Assembly: GCA_963741935.1 (NCBI GenBank)
Contig: CAVUJY010000011.1
Span: forward strand, 9,537-73,536
From: an uncultured Bacteroidales bacterium
Lineage (GTDB): Bacteria > Bacteroidota > Bacteroidia > Bacteroidales > VadinHA17
Reading direction: 5' to 3'
Length of the DNA: 64,000 nt
Both the position numbers and the translations under genes were made by a program. The notes under the pieces were generated by a model, which saw only the letters and a program-made list of their open reading frames with translations, was not told where the DNA came from and did not search any database. This document shows, piece after piece, positions 1 to 11,610 of this stretch (the stretch's first letter is position 1; every line of letters begins with the position of its first letter).

Positions 1-379
1 CATTTTCGACAGCTATCAGAAGAGGCGTTTGGTAGTCAGAAGTAATTTTATCAAGGTAAGGATTATGACCTAAGAGGATCTTTACGGTTGAGATATGATT
101 GTTGGCAACTGCAAAAATCAGAGGACTTGCTCCCTCTGGCGATTCAGCATTTATATCAGCTCCTTTACTTATAAGTCGTTCAACTTCCAGGTCATACCCT
201 TCTGAAGCAGCTATCATAAGGTTTGTTTCAAGACTACCAGGGTAAGTAGCAGGCAGATAATTCGAAGTATCGTAATACGATTGGTAATTTTCAGCTATTT
301 GTGATGATACAGTTACGGAAAAGAGCATCAGCACAAGCACTGAAAAAATCCGTAAATGTTGTACCCTGAATGAATGCAT
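1..379 (-). CDS. ankyrin-repeat protein, truncated by the window edge
   Basis: Reverse-strand ORF with ATG at 379 that runs off the window start, so it is absent from the ORF track. Translation begins MHSFRVQHLRIFSVLVLMLFS (signal-like). It continues LMIAASEGYDLEVERLISKGADINAESPEGASPLIFAVANNHISTVKILL, which matches the ankyrin repeat consensus. Confidence 0.6.
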   Translation of the reverse strand, partial: MHSFRVQHLRIFSVLVLMLFSVTVSSQIAENYQSYYDTSNYLPATYPGSLETNLMIAASEGYDLEVERLISKGADINAESPEGASPLIFAVANNHISTVKILLGHNPYLDKITSDYQTPLLIAVEN

Positions 380-871
380 AGGTGCAAAGTTAATTTTTTA
401 GTTGTTTTTTTTATCGACTTTGGATTGAATCAGAAAAAATTATTTCACAGCTTGAAATTAAATATTAATTCCGAATCAAACAACATGCCAAACTCCTGTT
501 TTAAAGTTAATTGTTTATATATTTTCAAATTTTATCCAAAGCATTAGATTTTTATCAAACAAATATAAATAGGTGTTTGTGTATTTAGACAGAGTTTATA
601 TAACAATACATTATCTGATTAATATGGGACCTTAAGAGAATCGCTATGTTTTAGTTGTTAGAACAAGTAACTTTTCATATCTGTTATATTGAAGTAAAAA
701 AGCACTGGTAATGTAGCATCATCATTAGTTATAAGAACAATATTTCATAAAATGACAGGTTACATAATAGATCAGGATTAAAAATTAATTTTGCAAAAAA
801 AAAATAATATTCATTTCGGTAATATTTATGATTTAATTGCCGACTGAAAAAGAATACTTTTTATTTTTGTA

Positions 872-2197
872 ATGGCTAAAAATAGTTTTTTATTGAGCAG
901 AACGAAGAAAATACTACTGGCTACATTGCTGGTTTCACTGATTAGCTTCAATTTCAATCCCGGAGCGAAAGAAAAAAGTGCTGTTATAATTGATAAGCTT
1001 GTGCCGGAAAATGTCAGGCTTACAAATAGTAGCTCCTCCGGAGAAGAATTCTCAGGTGTGGAGAAAACTTTGAATTCCTTTTTGCATAAATGGTCTTTAG
1101 CAGGTGCTTCAATTGCTATTGCAAAAGATGGTAAACTTATCTTTGCCAGGGGCTTTGGATTTGCCGATACAGCAACAAAAGAAAAAATAGAACCTTATAA
1201 TAAATTCAGGATTGCAAGCATTTCCAAATTGGTTACTGCTACTGGAATAATGAAGTTAAATGAGGAGGGACGATTATCGCTTAATCAGAGAGTGTTCGGC
1301 CCCGACGGGATTCTGAATGATCCCTATTTCGACGATCCTAAGGATAAAAGGGTTTATGGTATAACAGTTGCACATTTGTTGAGTCATGAAGCTGGATGGA
1401 CACAACGATATGGTGATCAGATGTTTATGCCTATTACGATAGCTGAAAGGATGGGCGTTAAGCCACCGGTAGATACCAGGACTATTGTTCGGTTTGCTTT
1501 AAATAGAAGACTGCATTACACCCCGGGCAAAGGCCGTGCTTATTCAAACCTGGGGTATAGTATACTTGGCCTTATTATTGAGAAGGTATCCGGTATGTCA
1601 TATGAAGAATATTGTCAGAAAAACATATTTGAGCCTCTGGGAATTTACGATATGAAAATAGCAGGAAATCTTCCTTCAGAAAAGAATCCATTTGAGGTTA
1701 CCTATTATGAGCCTTCGGATGTTTTGCTTAAACCTTCCATTTATGGAACAGGGGAGCTTGTTACTCCTATTTATGGAGGTAATGATATAACTGCCCTTGG
1801 AGGTGCCGGAGCCTGGCTGGCAACGGCGCCAGACCTTATGAGACTACTGCTCGCTGTTGATGGTTTCAGTACTCGTCCTGATATTCTTAGCGATGAAAGC
1901 ATAAGGTTTATGACAGATAATGAAAACGGATTCGCCCCTGTGGGCTGGAAGACTACTATTTATAATGGTACATGGTGGCGTACAGGATCATTCCCGGGTA
2001 GTGCAGGAATGATGAAAAGACAGTCCGACGGTCTTTCATGGGTAGTTCTTGTTAACTCCAGCGCCTGGAACGGACCGGAGATATATTCATACATTAACAA
2101 TATGATGTATAGGGTAATATCACAGATCAAACCATTCCCGGAACAGGATCTTTTTGCATATTCATTACCTGTACCTTTAAATCCGGATATGCCATAA
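872..2197 (+). CDS. secreted serine hydrolase, beta-lactamase/PBP fold
   Basis: Intact 441-aa ORF with a hydrophobic N-terminus. Carries an SxxK motif (ASISK) and a YxN motif (YSNLGY). Confidence 0.85.
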   Translation: MAKNSFLLSRTKKILLATLLVSLISFNFNPGAKEKSAVIIDKLVPENVRLTNSSSSGEEFSGVEKTLNSFLHKWSLAGASIAIAKDGKLIFARGFGFADTATKEKIEPYNKFRIASISKLVTATGIMKLNEEGRLSLNQRVFGPDGILNDPYFDDPKDKRVYGITVAHLLSHEAGWTQRYGDQMFMPITIAERMGVKPPVDTRTIVRFALNRRLHYTPGKGRAYSNLGYSILGLIIEKVSGMSYEEYCQKNIFEPLGIYDMKIAGNLPSEKNPFEVTYYEPSDVLLKPSIYGTGELVTPIYGGNDITALGGAGAWLATAPDLMRLLLAVDGFSTRPDILSDESIRFMTDNENGFAPVGWKTTIYNGTWWRTGSFPGSAGMMKRQSDGLSWVVLVNSSAWNGPEIYSYINNMMYRVISQIKPFPEQDLFAYSLPVPLNPDMP

Positions 2198-2213
2198 ACT
2201 AATCTCTGGAACT

Positions 2214-2940
2214 ATGTGTTTTACCGTAAATGTGAATCTCATAAAGGAAGAGCTTGAAAACAGATATGGTGCAACTTTAATCGATCCGGAGAAGTACAGA
2301 CCAAGCTATTATTACCATGCCTTCAGCCTTCCGGACTTACCTGTTATATGTTCTGAAACTCCCGGATATTTAAGACTCCTTAAGTGGGGACTCATTCCTT
2401 CCTGGACAAAAACAGATGAAGATGCAAACGAGATACGGTACAAAACATTTAATGCCAGAGCTGAAACGATTCATACTAAACGCTCATTTTCCTCAGCAGT
2501 CAAGTCAAAAAGATGTATCATCCCGGTAAAAGGGTTTTTTGAATGGCAACATTCAGGGAATGAAAAAATACCATGGTATATTTATCATTACCAGGATGAT
2601 GTCTTTTCATTAGCCGGGTTATATGATGAATGGAGATCCGATACCACAGGAGATACCCTTTCAACCTTTACAATTATAACTACAGAGGCAAATGACCTGA
2701 TGGCCAAAATTCATAACTCAGCAAAAAGAATGCCCGCAATTCTTGATTACAAAGCGGAGAAACTATGGATTAGATACTTCAATTGAGTCGGAAGAAGCAT
2801 TGAAGTTAATAAATCCATGTCCTGAAGAAATTCTTAAAGCTCATACTGTAAGCCCGTTGATTAATAACAGGTCAGCTGATAAGAACAGATATGAGGTTAT
2901 AAAACCATTTAAATATCACGACGATAACCTGCTTTTCTGA
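2214..2940 (+). pseudogene. SOS-response-associated peptidase (SRAP/YedK family), one frameshift
   Basis: N-terminal Met-Cys (MCFTV) plus NARAET, RCIIPVKGFFEW and KRMPAIL motifs in ORF 2214-2786. The C-terminal part (AHTVSPLINN) continues in ORF 2743-2940 in another frame. Confidence 0.8.
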
Positions 2941-2979
2941 CTACAAGAGCAAGGTTTTATCTGGAAATAGGCACAGGAT

Positions 2980-3732
2980 TTATTGTGCAACAAACTGATA
3001 TGAGAGAGTGCCTGTCTGAATTTTCGGGGAATTGATATCAGGATTAAATCGCGACATGAGAGCTGTGGATACTGCAGTTTCTATCAGACATGGATCAGAG
3101 GTAGTACTGGCTTTCTCCAAAATATTTGCTTTTTCAACAATCCCCTGCTGGTTAACTTCAATACTTAATACTACCATTCCGGAACCCTGACATTTATATA
3201 TTGGTATTGGCAGGTACATATGATTGCGACCCGCAAGATCGTAATATATTCGTGTTGGTCCTTTATAATTGGCTGCCATTTGCTGTGATTCCCTGGGTTT
3301 ATTGATTATTTGCTTATCAGAACTGTCCTTCGGAATAGAAATGGTTTCATTTCCATTATTGTTTTCAGACTGTTTTTGAGCATCAATATAATTATCCTGT
3401 CCCAGCTTTCCGCTTTTAATCAGCTCGTCCTTAACCTTGTTAATATAATCTTCTGCATTAATTTTCTCGACTGTTTTGTTCGATAGATTGCGCGCAATAT
3501 TTAGCATCTCCTCATCTCCTTTGAAAATCTTTTCAAGAGTAGGAGGCTGCAAATCTTCTTGCTGGTCATTTTTAACATCAACCTGAGGAGGAGCTGCAAG
3601 CTCAACTTCGTATTCGGCAGACAAATTATTGTTTAACGATTTGATCTGAAACGATATAAAGATGATTGCGGCAATAAGATGTATTATCACAGTGCCAAGG
3701 ATTCCAACCAGTTTGCCATTATTCTTTCCCAT
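2980..3732 (-). CDS. membrane-anchored TonB-like protein
   Basis: Single N-terminal TM helix (LVGILGTVIIHLIAAIIFISF) followed by a charged low-complexity linker. The C-terminal ~80 aa (GSGMVVLSIEVNQQGIVEKANILE...ETAVSTALMSRFNP) resembles the TonB C-terminal domain. Confidence 0.45.
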   Translation of the reverse strand: MGKNNGKLVGILGTVIIHLIAAIIFISFQIKSLNNNLSAEYEVELAAPPQVDVKNDQQEDLQPPTLEKIFKGDEEMLNIARNLSNKTVEKINAEDYINKVKDELIKSGKLGQDNYIDAQKQSENNNGNETISIPKDSSDKQIINKPRESQQMAANYKGPTRIYYDLAGRNHMYLPIPIYKCQGSGMVVLSIEVNQQGIVEKANILEKASTTSDPCLIETAVSTALMSRFNPDINSPKIQTGTLSYQFVAQ

Positions 3733-3870
3733 TCTGTGCGAAATTATAAATTATTACTTTTGTATCTAATATAATCTCAATGAATAATTCATGACTTTTA
3801 ATATTTCACCTGGAATTGAACAATCATTCCATCCAGTTATTACATGATGATTATCCTAATTTGATTATTT

Positions 3871-4451
3871 ATGAAACAGGAATTAATACTTGAAGTTATA
3901 AAGGACCGCAGGAGCCTGTACTCCTTTTCATCCTGCACCAGTTGAAGAATTCAAACTTAAGGCAATGTTTGAGGCTGCCGGTTATGCACCGTCAGAGTAA
4001 CATTGAACAGCCATGGATGTTCCTTTATACAACACGTGAAAGCAAAGAACTGTTTGATACATATCTTGGCTTCATGTCGGATTCTGACAAAGTATGGGCA
4101 AGAAATGCTTATGCTATAATTATTCCATTGATCAGGACAAATCATTTGGCTAATGACATATCAAACAGGTTAGCTTACTACGATACCGGTATGGCAGTAG
4201 GAAATCTACTGGTTCAGGCAACAGCACTCGATGTTATTGTTCATCAGGTCAGAGGGTTTTCTGCAGAAAGGGTTAGAGAATATCTTAAGATGAATGATGA
4301 TATTGAGCCTGTTACGATAATGGTAGTCGGATATATGGGGGATGGTAACTCTCTGCCTCCTGAACTTTTACAGGCAGACGAGACTAAAATGGAACTTAAA
4401 CCGGTTAATGAATATTCATTTAAGGATTATCTTTATAATTCTGCTTTTTGA
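3871..4451 (+). pseudogene. nitroreductase family protein, two frameshifts near the 5' end
   Basis: MKQELILEVIKDRRSLYSF from ATG 3871, then FHPAPVEEFKLKAMFEAAGYAPS in a second frame. SNIEQPWMF and the rest follow in the track ORF 3942-4451. The RRS and QPW motifs are typical of nitroreductases. Confidence 0.7.
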
Positions 4452-4473
4452 TATTATAAATCAGCTATTTATT

Positions 4474-5158
4474 CTATTTGTTTTTTATTTTCTTCCTGAC
4501 TTTCGCATTAACAGGTTTGTTGAATTTTTGATTTTTAAATAACCCGTTTTTGACTTCTTTAATAAATTTTGACCATGCAAACGGGTTTAAGAGATTATTT
4601 ACCGGATATTGGTTTTTTGTTGACATAGCACTGAAATTCTGTTCCATTGCATATTTGAATCCTGCTTCAGGTGAAACTTTTACTCCGGTCTGATTTGCTA
4701 CTGCAACATATATTGAAGCTATGTTGTCATTCATGTTTTCAATGATAGGATCAACAGGAACTTCTTTGGTCATATCCTTTATAAATTCATTGTAATTCTT
4801 CCATGGAAGTATTGTGATTCCTTCAATTGCTATAGTATCAACATCCAGAACAATATCCACTTCACAGTGTCGCTGTTCAAAATCAGATAGGTATTATTGT
4901 ATGATATCTTTTAAATCCTAAAGCCCTGAAAAATATTGTGTCACCCGGAGTACTTGTTATTGAATAGATACCTGTTCTTTCACTTAAAGAAGCATGATGG
5001 AGCTTTTTTGAAATGACTGCAACACCGGGAACAGGTCTGTAAGCTTCATCAGTAATGATTCCGCTTACCTGAATATATCGTTCATTTTCATTTGTCTGAC
5101 TGAAAGAGGAGGCAGAGGATAAAACAAAGAATATTGTAATATATAGATATTTGCTCAA
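4474..5158 (-). pseudogene. CarboxypepD_reg-like domain protein, one frameshift
   Basis: Signal peptide, then VSGIITDEAYRPVPGVAVISK...TGIYSITSTPGDTIFFRALGFK (carboxypeptidase regulatory-like fold) in ORF 4883-5158. The reading frame continues (YLSDFEQRHCEVDIV...) into ORF 4474-4860 after a shift near 4885-4893. Confidence 0.5.
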
Positions 5159-5423
5159 ACAGGCTGAATTTTAAAAATTTGTATCTGCAAAATAAACATT
5201 ATTGAGTGTAACCATAAAACATTTAACTATAATTTAACGTGGGTTGTCAATATATAATCGGAACTCTTCTTATAATTGAAACAATCGTCATTTTTATATC
5301 TCGAAATTATTTTAATATTTGTCAGATACAAACATCCGGTTTATTTGGAAATTAATACCGGACAAAGTATTTTATACTAATTCAATAGATTCATCGTATT
5401 CATTAAACTGATAATTATCTATA

Positions 5424-7035
5424 ATGAAAATGAATAAACTACTACTATTGGGTGATGAAGCTATAGCTCAGGCCGCAATGGATGCAGGATTAAGCGGCAT
5501 GTATGCTTATCCCGGTACTCCGTCGACTGAGATTATGGAGTACATTCAATCATCAAAAACCGCAAAGGAAAGAAATATCCACCGCGACTGGTCTTCAAAT
5601 GAAAAGACAGCAATGGAAGCCGCTCTTGGAATGTCATATGCTGGTAAAAGAGCCATGGTTGCAATGAAGCATGTTGGATTAAATGTTGCTGCAGACGGTT
5701 TTATTAATTCTGCAATAACCGGAGTAAATGGTGGACTAATTATTGTTTCTGCAGATGATCCATCAATGCATTCATCTCAGAATGAGCAGGATTCCAGATT
5801 TTATGGAAAGTTTGCCCTTGTTCCCTGTTTTGAGCCTTCCAATCAGCAGGAAGCATATGAAATGATATTTGATGCATTTGAAACTTCAGAAAAATACAAG
5901 CTGCCGGTATTGGTCAGGATTACAACACGTCTGGCTCATTCCAGATCAAGTGTTATTATTGAAAAAAAGCATGCCGGAAAATAAAATGAATATACCTTCT
6001 GATCCGCTTCAGTTCGTTCTTCTTCCTTCAATTGCAAGAAAAAAGTATAAGTCACTGTTGTCTGCCTATGATTCACTAAAATTTGAACACAGGATCTCTA
6101 AGTACAATACCTTTAAGGACGGTCGAAAAAGAGAATTGGGAATAATTACCTGCGGAATAGCATATAATTACCTTATGGAGAACCTGGCTGGCACTGATCA
6201 CGAAATACCCGTTCTCAAGATTGCTGCATACCCTTTTCCAAAGGATCTGATTGAGGATCTGACAAATCGCTGTCGTGAAATTCTGGTACTTGAAGAGGGA
6301 GCACCAATGATTGAAGAGTCGTTAAGAGGAATTCTTGATAATGGAATAAAAATATACGGCAGGCTTGATGGAGCTGTTCCCCGCGATGGGGAATTAAATC
6401 CGGCGATTGTTGCAAAAGCGATGGGTCTTACTGTTTGTTATGGAGCAAAAGTCCCGTCGGTAGTAAAAATGCGTCCTCCTTCCTTTTGTAAGGGATGCGG
6501 TCATGCCGATATGTTTAATTCTTTAATTGAAGCAATTAAACCATATGGTTCCGGACACGTTTTTTCTGACATTGGTTGTTATACGCTTGCAGCACTTCCT
6601 CCCTATAGTGCTATAAACTCATGTGTTGATATGGGTGCATCGGTTACAATGGCAATAGGAGCCGCGGATGCCGGTTTGTTTCCTACTGTGGCTGTGATAG
6701 GCGACTCCACCTTCACTCATTCGGGTATGACCGGTCTGCTTGATGCAGTAGTTAAAAATTCCACAGTGACTGTTATTATATCAGATAATTCAACTACCGG
6801 AATGACGGGCGGTCAAAAATCAAATGCCACCGGAAGAATTGAACAGATATGCAGGGGTATAGGAGTTGAGGAGAATCATATAAGGGTAATCATCCCGTTG
6901 CGAAAAAATCATGAGGATAATGTACATATAATGAGTGAGGAGTTTGAATACAAAGGAGTGTCTGTAATAATTGCAATGCGTGAATGTATTCAGACCGCAA
7001 CGCGGAGAAAAAGAACAGAAAACTCAAACGAATAA
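5424..7035 (+). pseudogene. iorA: indolepyruvate:ferredoxin oxidoreductase alpha subunit, one frameshift
   Basis: N-terminus LLLGDEAIAQAAMDAGLSGMYAYPGTPSTEI, plus a TPP-binding region and a CxxC region in the second ORF. The two ORFs (5424-5984 and 5869-7035) overlap across an A7 run at 5962-5968. The combined length of about 537 aa fits IorA. Confidence 0.85.
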
Positions 7036-7052
7036 CCCGAAAAAGAATTGTT

Positions 7053-7694
7053 ATGAAGAATGACATAATATTATCAGGAGTAGGAGGACAGGGTATTTTA
7101 TCTATTGCTGCTGCCATAGGTCTTGCTGCAGTTGAGAATAACCTTTATCTTAAGCAATCAGAGGTTCACGGAATGAGTCAGAGAGGCGGAGATGTGCAAT
7201 CCCACCTTCGCATTTCAGATAAGCCTGTAGCGTCTGACCTTATTACTTTCGGACAGGCCGATATTATTATATCAGTTGAGCCGATGGAGGCTTTAAGGTA
7301 TCTTCCCTGGCTTTCATCAGACGGATGGCTGGTAACAAACTCAGTGCCTTTTATTAACATTACTGACTATCCGTCAGAAGAAGAGATATCGGGAGAGATA
7401 AAAAAAGTCAAAAACCATATAATAATCAATGCTGATGCAATAGCTAAAGAATCAGGATCAGTTCGTTCCGGAAATATGGTAATTCTTGGAGCCGCATCAC
7501 CCTTTATCGAGATGTCATATTCAAGTCTTGAAAATGCTGTCAGAAAGCTCTTTGAACGAAAAGGAGAGGATATAGTCGGGATAAATCTTAAAGCTCTTAA
7601 GTCGGGAAGGGCAATTTCTGAGAATAGAACTTTCCTCAAAGTAAAAAATCTCTCCTTTCTCTTGAGGGATTTCTTTATGCTTCTTAAAATTTGA
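7053..7694 (+). CDS. iorB: indolepyruvate:ferredoxin oxidoreductase beta subunit
   Basis: MKNDIILSGVGGQGILS... is the typical IorB/pyruvate-ferredoxin oxidoreductase gamma-like start. It lies directly downstream of iorA. The internal ATG at 7053 is preferred over the track start at 6984. Confidence 0.8.
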   Translation: MKNDIILSGVGGQGILSIAAAIGLAAVENNLYLKQSEVHGMSQRGGDVQSHLRISDKPVASDLITFGQADIIISVEPMEALRYLPWLSSDGWLVTNSVPFINITDYPSEEEISGEIKKVKNHIIINADAIAKESGSVRSGNMVILGAASPFIEMSYSSLENAVRKLFERKGEDIVGINLKALKSGRAISENRTFLKVKNLSFLLRDFFMLLKI

Positions 7695-8674
7695 AATGTG
7701 CATTAAGATAAATAGCATCAGTCGCATGAACTTCATTTAAATATGGCATGATACGACGGTAATTAAGTGCCAGCTTCAGGTTGCTTGTTAAGGAGTGCTG
7801 AAAACCGGTAATAAGATAACTGCCATCAATGTTGTAATCCCACTGTAGTCTTTCCCCCGGCAAAATGACTGAAGTTGCGTAATCATATCTTGCGAAGATC
7901 TCCGAGGTTTCGTTAAGGAAGTATGAACCTGTTGCTGAAATTCCCCAGACATTATGCCCTGGTATCAGGTCAAGATTTGATTTGTAACTGGCTTCTCCAC
8001 CTATACTTATTTTGTCATCCTTATATCCGGCAAATGCAATAAACGTTGACTGCCAGACTCCCTGAGGCCTGATAATATCAGTATATATCCTGAACACAAA
8101 ATGTCCGGGTGTAGTGGCTGTAATTCCAATTGAGCTTTTCAAACTATTATCGACCTGAATATTAGTATAGCCTTCTCCATTCATCAGGGATAAATCGATC
8201 TCAAGGATATCATTAATTTCATAATCCAAAACCACGCCAAGGTCAGCTACTGTACCGTAACCATATTTTGCCTGATATTCTGGTCCAAGATATCGTTTAC
8301 CCCAAAAACCTTGCTGAAAACTAAAAATTCCTGGTGTTTGCAATCCCAAAAGAAAGTGTCAGTCTATCCTTTGAGTAGGTGACTGATGCTTCTCTGAAAT
8401 AAGCGTATCTTTTAAGTACAGAGCCTTCTGCCAGATCATCCGGAGAGCCAACATTGACAATTATTCTTGAAGAAAAGTTCCCTTCGGGCAGAAATTCATA
8501 ACCCAGATTAGCTCTGTTTAAGTAAAATCCATTTCTTTGGACAGTATCATTAAAGCTATAATGAAAATCAGTAAATATTTCAGCTAATGGCTTTCCGTCA
8601 ATTGTAACAGACTGTGATCTAAGCATATGAAAGCAGAATGCTGTAAAAAACAGGATAGCAAAAACTTTTTTCAT
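7684..8674 (-). pseudogene. outer-membrane porin-like beta-barrel, one frameshift
   Basis: Signal peptide MKKVFAILFFTAFCFHMLRSQ and alternating beta-strand-like pattern. The C-terminus ends in aromatic YLNAHFKF. ORFs 8321-8674 and 7684-8349 overlap in different frames. Confidence 0.5.
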
Positions 8675-8856
8675 TAAAAATAATCCTACGATTAGGTCAA
8701 AATTCAGAATCGCAAATGTAAAATTTATAAATTAATGCAACCCTGAAAAGAGGTAAATTTTTAAATTTTGATTAACAGAATATTATAAAAGCTCTTTTAA
8801 GGAGATTAATTGTTTTTTTTTAACAAAATTTGTAAACTCTTAAATAAATAGGTTTA

Positions 8857-10408
8857 ATGTCAACAGATTCATTAGAATAAAGCTGAGAGATTTCTTGCTA
8901 TTGCCGATCAGTATAAACTGGGTAAACTTGTAACTGAATCTTCTCACCCAGCTACCGTAAACTTGTCTGAACTTGCCAGTGGAAAACCTTCCTGAAGCAA
9001 TAAAAGTTTTAAAGGAACTTGACAATGATACAGTTAAAGTTCTGATAGATAAGACTAAGCAGATATGCGATCTGAAGAATAAAATCAACGAAACGTTGAA
9101 AGCCGGGAATAATATTTTTTTCTGTGGGTGCGGTGCCACAGGAAGATTATCACTTACAATTGAGACCCTTTGGAGACAGGTACATAAAGGTGACGGTCTA
9201 AAAGACAGGGTATTCAGTTTTATGTCCGGCGGGGATGTTGCATTGATAAGGTCAATTGAAAATTTTGAAGATTATCCTCAATATGGAGCAAGACAGCTTA
9301 TTGAGGCCGGATTTAAACCCGGGGACTTGTTAATTTCTACAACTGAAGGAGGAGAAACTCCATTTGTAATAGGGGCAACTGAAAAGGCCGCGCTTATATC
9401 AGATAGGAAACCATTCTTTCTCTATTGCAATCCGGATGATATTCTTTGTGAGGTAGCAGAACGATCAAAGCTGGTAATTCAGAACCAGCATATTGAAAAG
9501 ATTAATCTTACGGTCGGGCCAATGGCGGTTACCGGAAGCACCCGCATGCAATCGTCAACTATACTTCTTGCGGCAGCAGGAATTGCAATGCTTTATTCTT
9601 CTGAAAGTGATTCAACAGTATCAGATATAATCAAGATCATTCAGTGCTTACTGGGATTCACTTGATATAAGTTTCATTGGAAGGTTTATAATTCAGGAAT
9701 CAGCATTATACAAAAACGGTGATTACCTTTTATATGAAACTGATAATAAACTGGGAATTACTGTGATAACTGACACTACAGAAAGATCTCCAACTTTTAG
9801 TCTGTACCCTTTTGAAAACGCAGGACGAGATTGAACCTGGTCTTTCCCTATGCTACCTTTACCTGCCTGAAGAAACTGACAGTGAAAAGGCATGGAAATC
9901 TTTATTATGGAGATCTCCCAGAACTTTGGAATGGTCAGATATTAATGGAATAGCATCCGAAAAACGGCTTCTTGGTTTCGATTTTAGTCAGAAGGTTTTA
10001 TCGAGACGTGAAAATCAGATAGTGCATGGCAATCAGTACAGGTTTGTGATTAAATCAGAAGAAACAGGACTTGACTTTAAATTGGGAAATAATGAACATT
10101 TTTTAGAAACACCTTTCGAGTCTCCAATCTTTATACATCTGGTTCTTAAAATGATATTAAATACACATTCAACTTTGATAATGGGGAGACTGGGAAGGTA
10201 TGAAGGAAATGTTATGACTTATGTAAGGGCTAGTAATAACAAGCTTATAGACAGGTCAATACGATATATTGACCTGATTCTGCAAAGAAAAAATATAAAA
10301 CTGACTTATGACAAAATTTGTTATAAACTATATGAGATGCTTGAGAAAACACATGGTGATAAATCGATTGTACTTACAACAGTAAGAGCAATAGAAAAGC
10401 AGAGTTAA
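8857..10408 (+). pseudogene. SIS-domain protein of the MurQ/GckR family, several frameshifts
   Basis: LVTESSHPATVNLSEL (TE..P motif) is in a frame upstream of ORF 8973. Also NIFFCGCGATGRLS and GSTRMQSSTILL (SIS motifs). ORF 9812-10408 carries KMILNTHSTLIMGRLGRYEGNVMTYVRASNNKLIDRSIRYI (MurQ/GckR C-terminal signature). The pieces lie in at least three frames. Confidence 0.55.
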
Positions 10409-10490
10409 ATAGTTAAGGTATATTTAAGGTAAAATGAGAACAGAATCTATAATAAATTAATAAATCTATGAAAATGAAAAGCATAATAAT

Positions 10491-10979
10491 TTGAGAGTAT
10501 ATGCTCTGGCGGCTCTTATCTTTGTATTTGCAGGTGTCAAAGCACAGGAAGCAAAAAAATTGTATGATCCTTCTCTTGACGGTATGAAGCAGATAAAAGA
10601 GGCTGCTGCAACAGCTGCAAAAGAGGGTAAGCATGTTTTGATTCAGTATGGCGGTAACTGGTGCAGTTGGTGTATAAAGTTTGATGCTTTCTGTAAAGCA
10701 GATACAGCAATTTCCAGAATTATATCCCAAAATTATATTCCGGTAAAACTTAACTATGATCCTTCCAATAAAAATGATGCTGCGAATGAATACCTCGGAA
10801 ATCCGACTCGCTTTGGTTTTCCGGTGTTCATTATACTTGACGGAAAAGGGACTGTTCTGCATATTCAGGATAGTGCTCTTTTAGAGGAAGGAAAGGGATA
10901 CAGTAAAGAAAAGGTTTCCAGGTTTTTTATGAACTGGACAGTATCAGCTCTGATTCCAAAGACTAAAAGGAAATCGTAA
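10491..10979 (+). CDS. secreted thioredoxin-fold protein (CxxC)
   Basis: Signal-like ALAALIFVFAGVKAQ and redox motif GGNWCSWCIKF. The track start is TTG. An upstream ATG (MKMKSIII) lies in another frame, so the 5' end may also be frameshifted. Confidence 0.7.
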   Translation: MRVYALAALIFVFAGVKAQEAKKLYDPSLDGMKQIKEAAATAAKEGKHVLIQYGGNWCSWCIKFDAFCKADTAISRIISQNYIPVKLNYDPSNKNDAANEYLGNPTRFGFPVFIILDGKGTVLHIQDSALLEEGKGYSKEKVSRFFMNWTVSALIPKTKRKS

Positions 10980-10993
10980 ACCGTCAAAAATTT

Positions 10994-11030
10994 AAGAGGC
11001 TGTATCCTGATTGGAAACAGCCTCTTTTCG
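10994..11030. terminator. hairpin between convergent genes, candidate bidirectional terminator
   Basis: Perfect 10-bp stem AAGAGGCTGT / ACAGCCTCTT (10994-11003 and 11017-11026), followed by TT. It is flanked upstream by A-rich sequence. Confidence 0.55.
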
Positions 11031-11069
11031 TCAGAAATGCAGCGAACATTTCCACCGTTCTGCTTAACA

Positions 11070-11438
11070 TTATTCCTGGATCATTTCATCCTGACCCTGA
11101 GCCTTTCCGTTTCGTAGCAGGAGAAGGTCATTCAAAACAATCTCGGTAATGTTCTTACTTACCCCTTTCTTATCTTCGTAAGTGCGATAGACAATTCTTC
11201 CTTCAACCGCAACTTCTTTCCCTTTCTTAAGGAATCTTCCGGCAATATCAGCCAGTCCGTTCCAGGCTACAATATTATGCCAGGTGGTTTCACTGACTCT
11301 CTGACCTTCGGCATTTTTATAGCCATCATTGGTGGCCAAAGTGAAATGAGTTACTTTCTTTCCTGTTTCAGTTGTTTTGATTTCAGGATCCATTCCAAGA
11401 TTTCCGATGAGTGTTACTCTGTTTTTTAATGAGTTCAT
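11070..11438 (-). CDS. ssb: single-stranded DNA-binding protein (short form)
   Basis: NRVTLIGNLGMDPEIKTTETGKKVTHFTLATN...TTWHNIVAWNGLADIAGRFLKKGKEVAVEGRI is the OB-fold SSB signature. The protein is 122 aa. Confidence 0.9.
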   Translation of the reverse strand: MNSLKNRVTLIGNLGMDPEIKTTETGKKVTHFTLATNDGYKNAEGQRVSETTWHNIVAWNGLADIAGRFLKKGKEVAVEGRIVYRTYEDKKGVSKNITEIVLNDLLLLRNGKAQGQDEMIQE

Positions 11439-11610
11439 AACTTAAAGATTTAGTTTGACTTGAATTAATTTCTTAGCAAACTTAAGTCATCTCTGAAATG
11501 TGTTACGGTTATTAAATCATTTATACTCGTTTTCAAATCATTTATAGTCGGTTGTACCCGTTTGAAAACGTTTTTTAATATCTGTATCAGGTATATATGA
11601 TTGATATATT

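Noticed and set aside
10413-10862. 149-aa antisense ORF opposite the thioredoxin-fold gene
   Set aside because: It is low-complexity and Cys/Phe/Ile-rich, as expected from the reverse translation of an AT-rich gene. The opposite strand has a clear CxxC thioredoxin motif.
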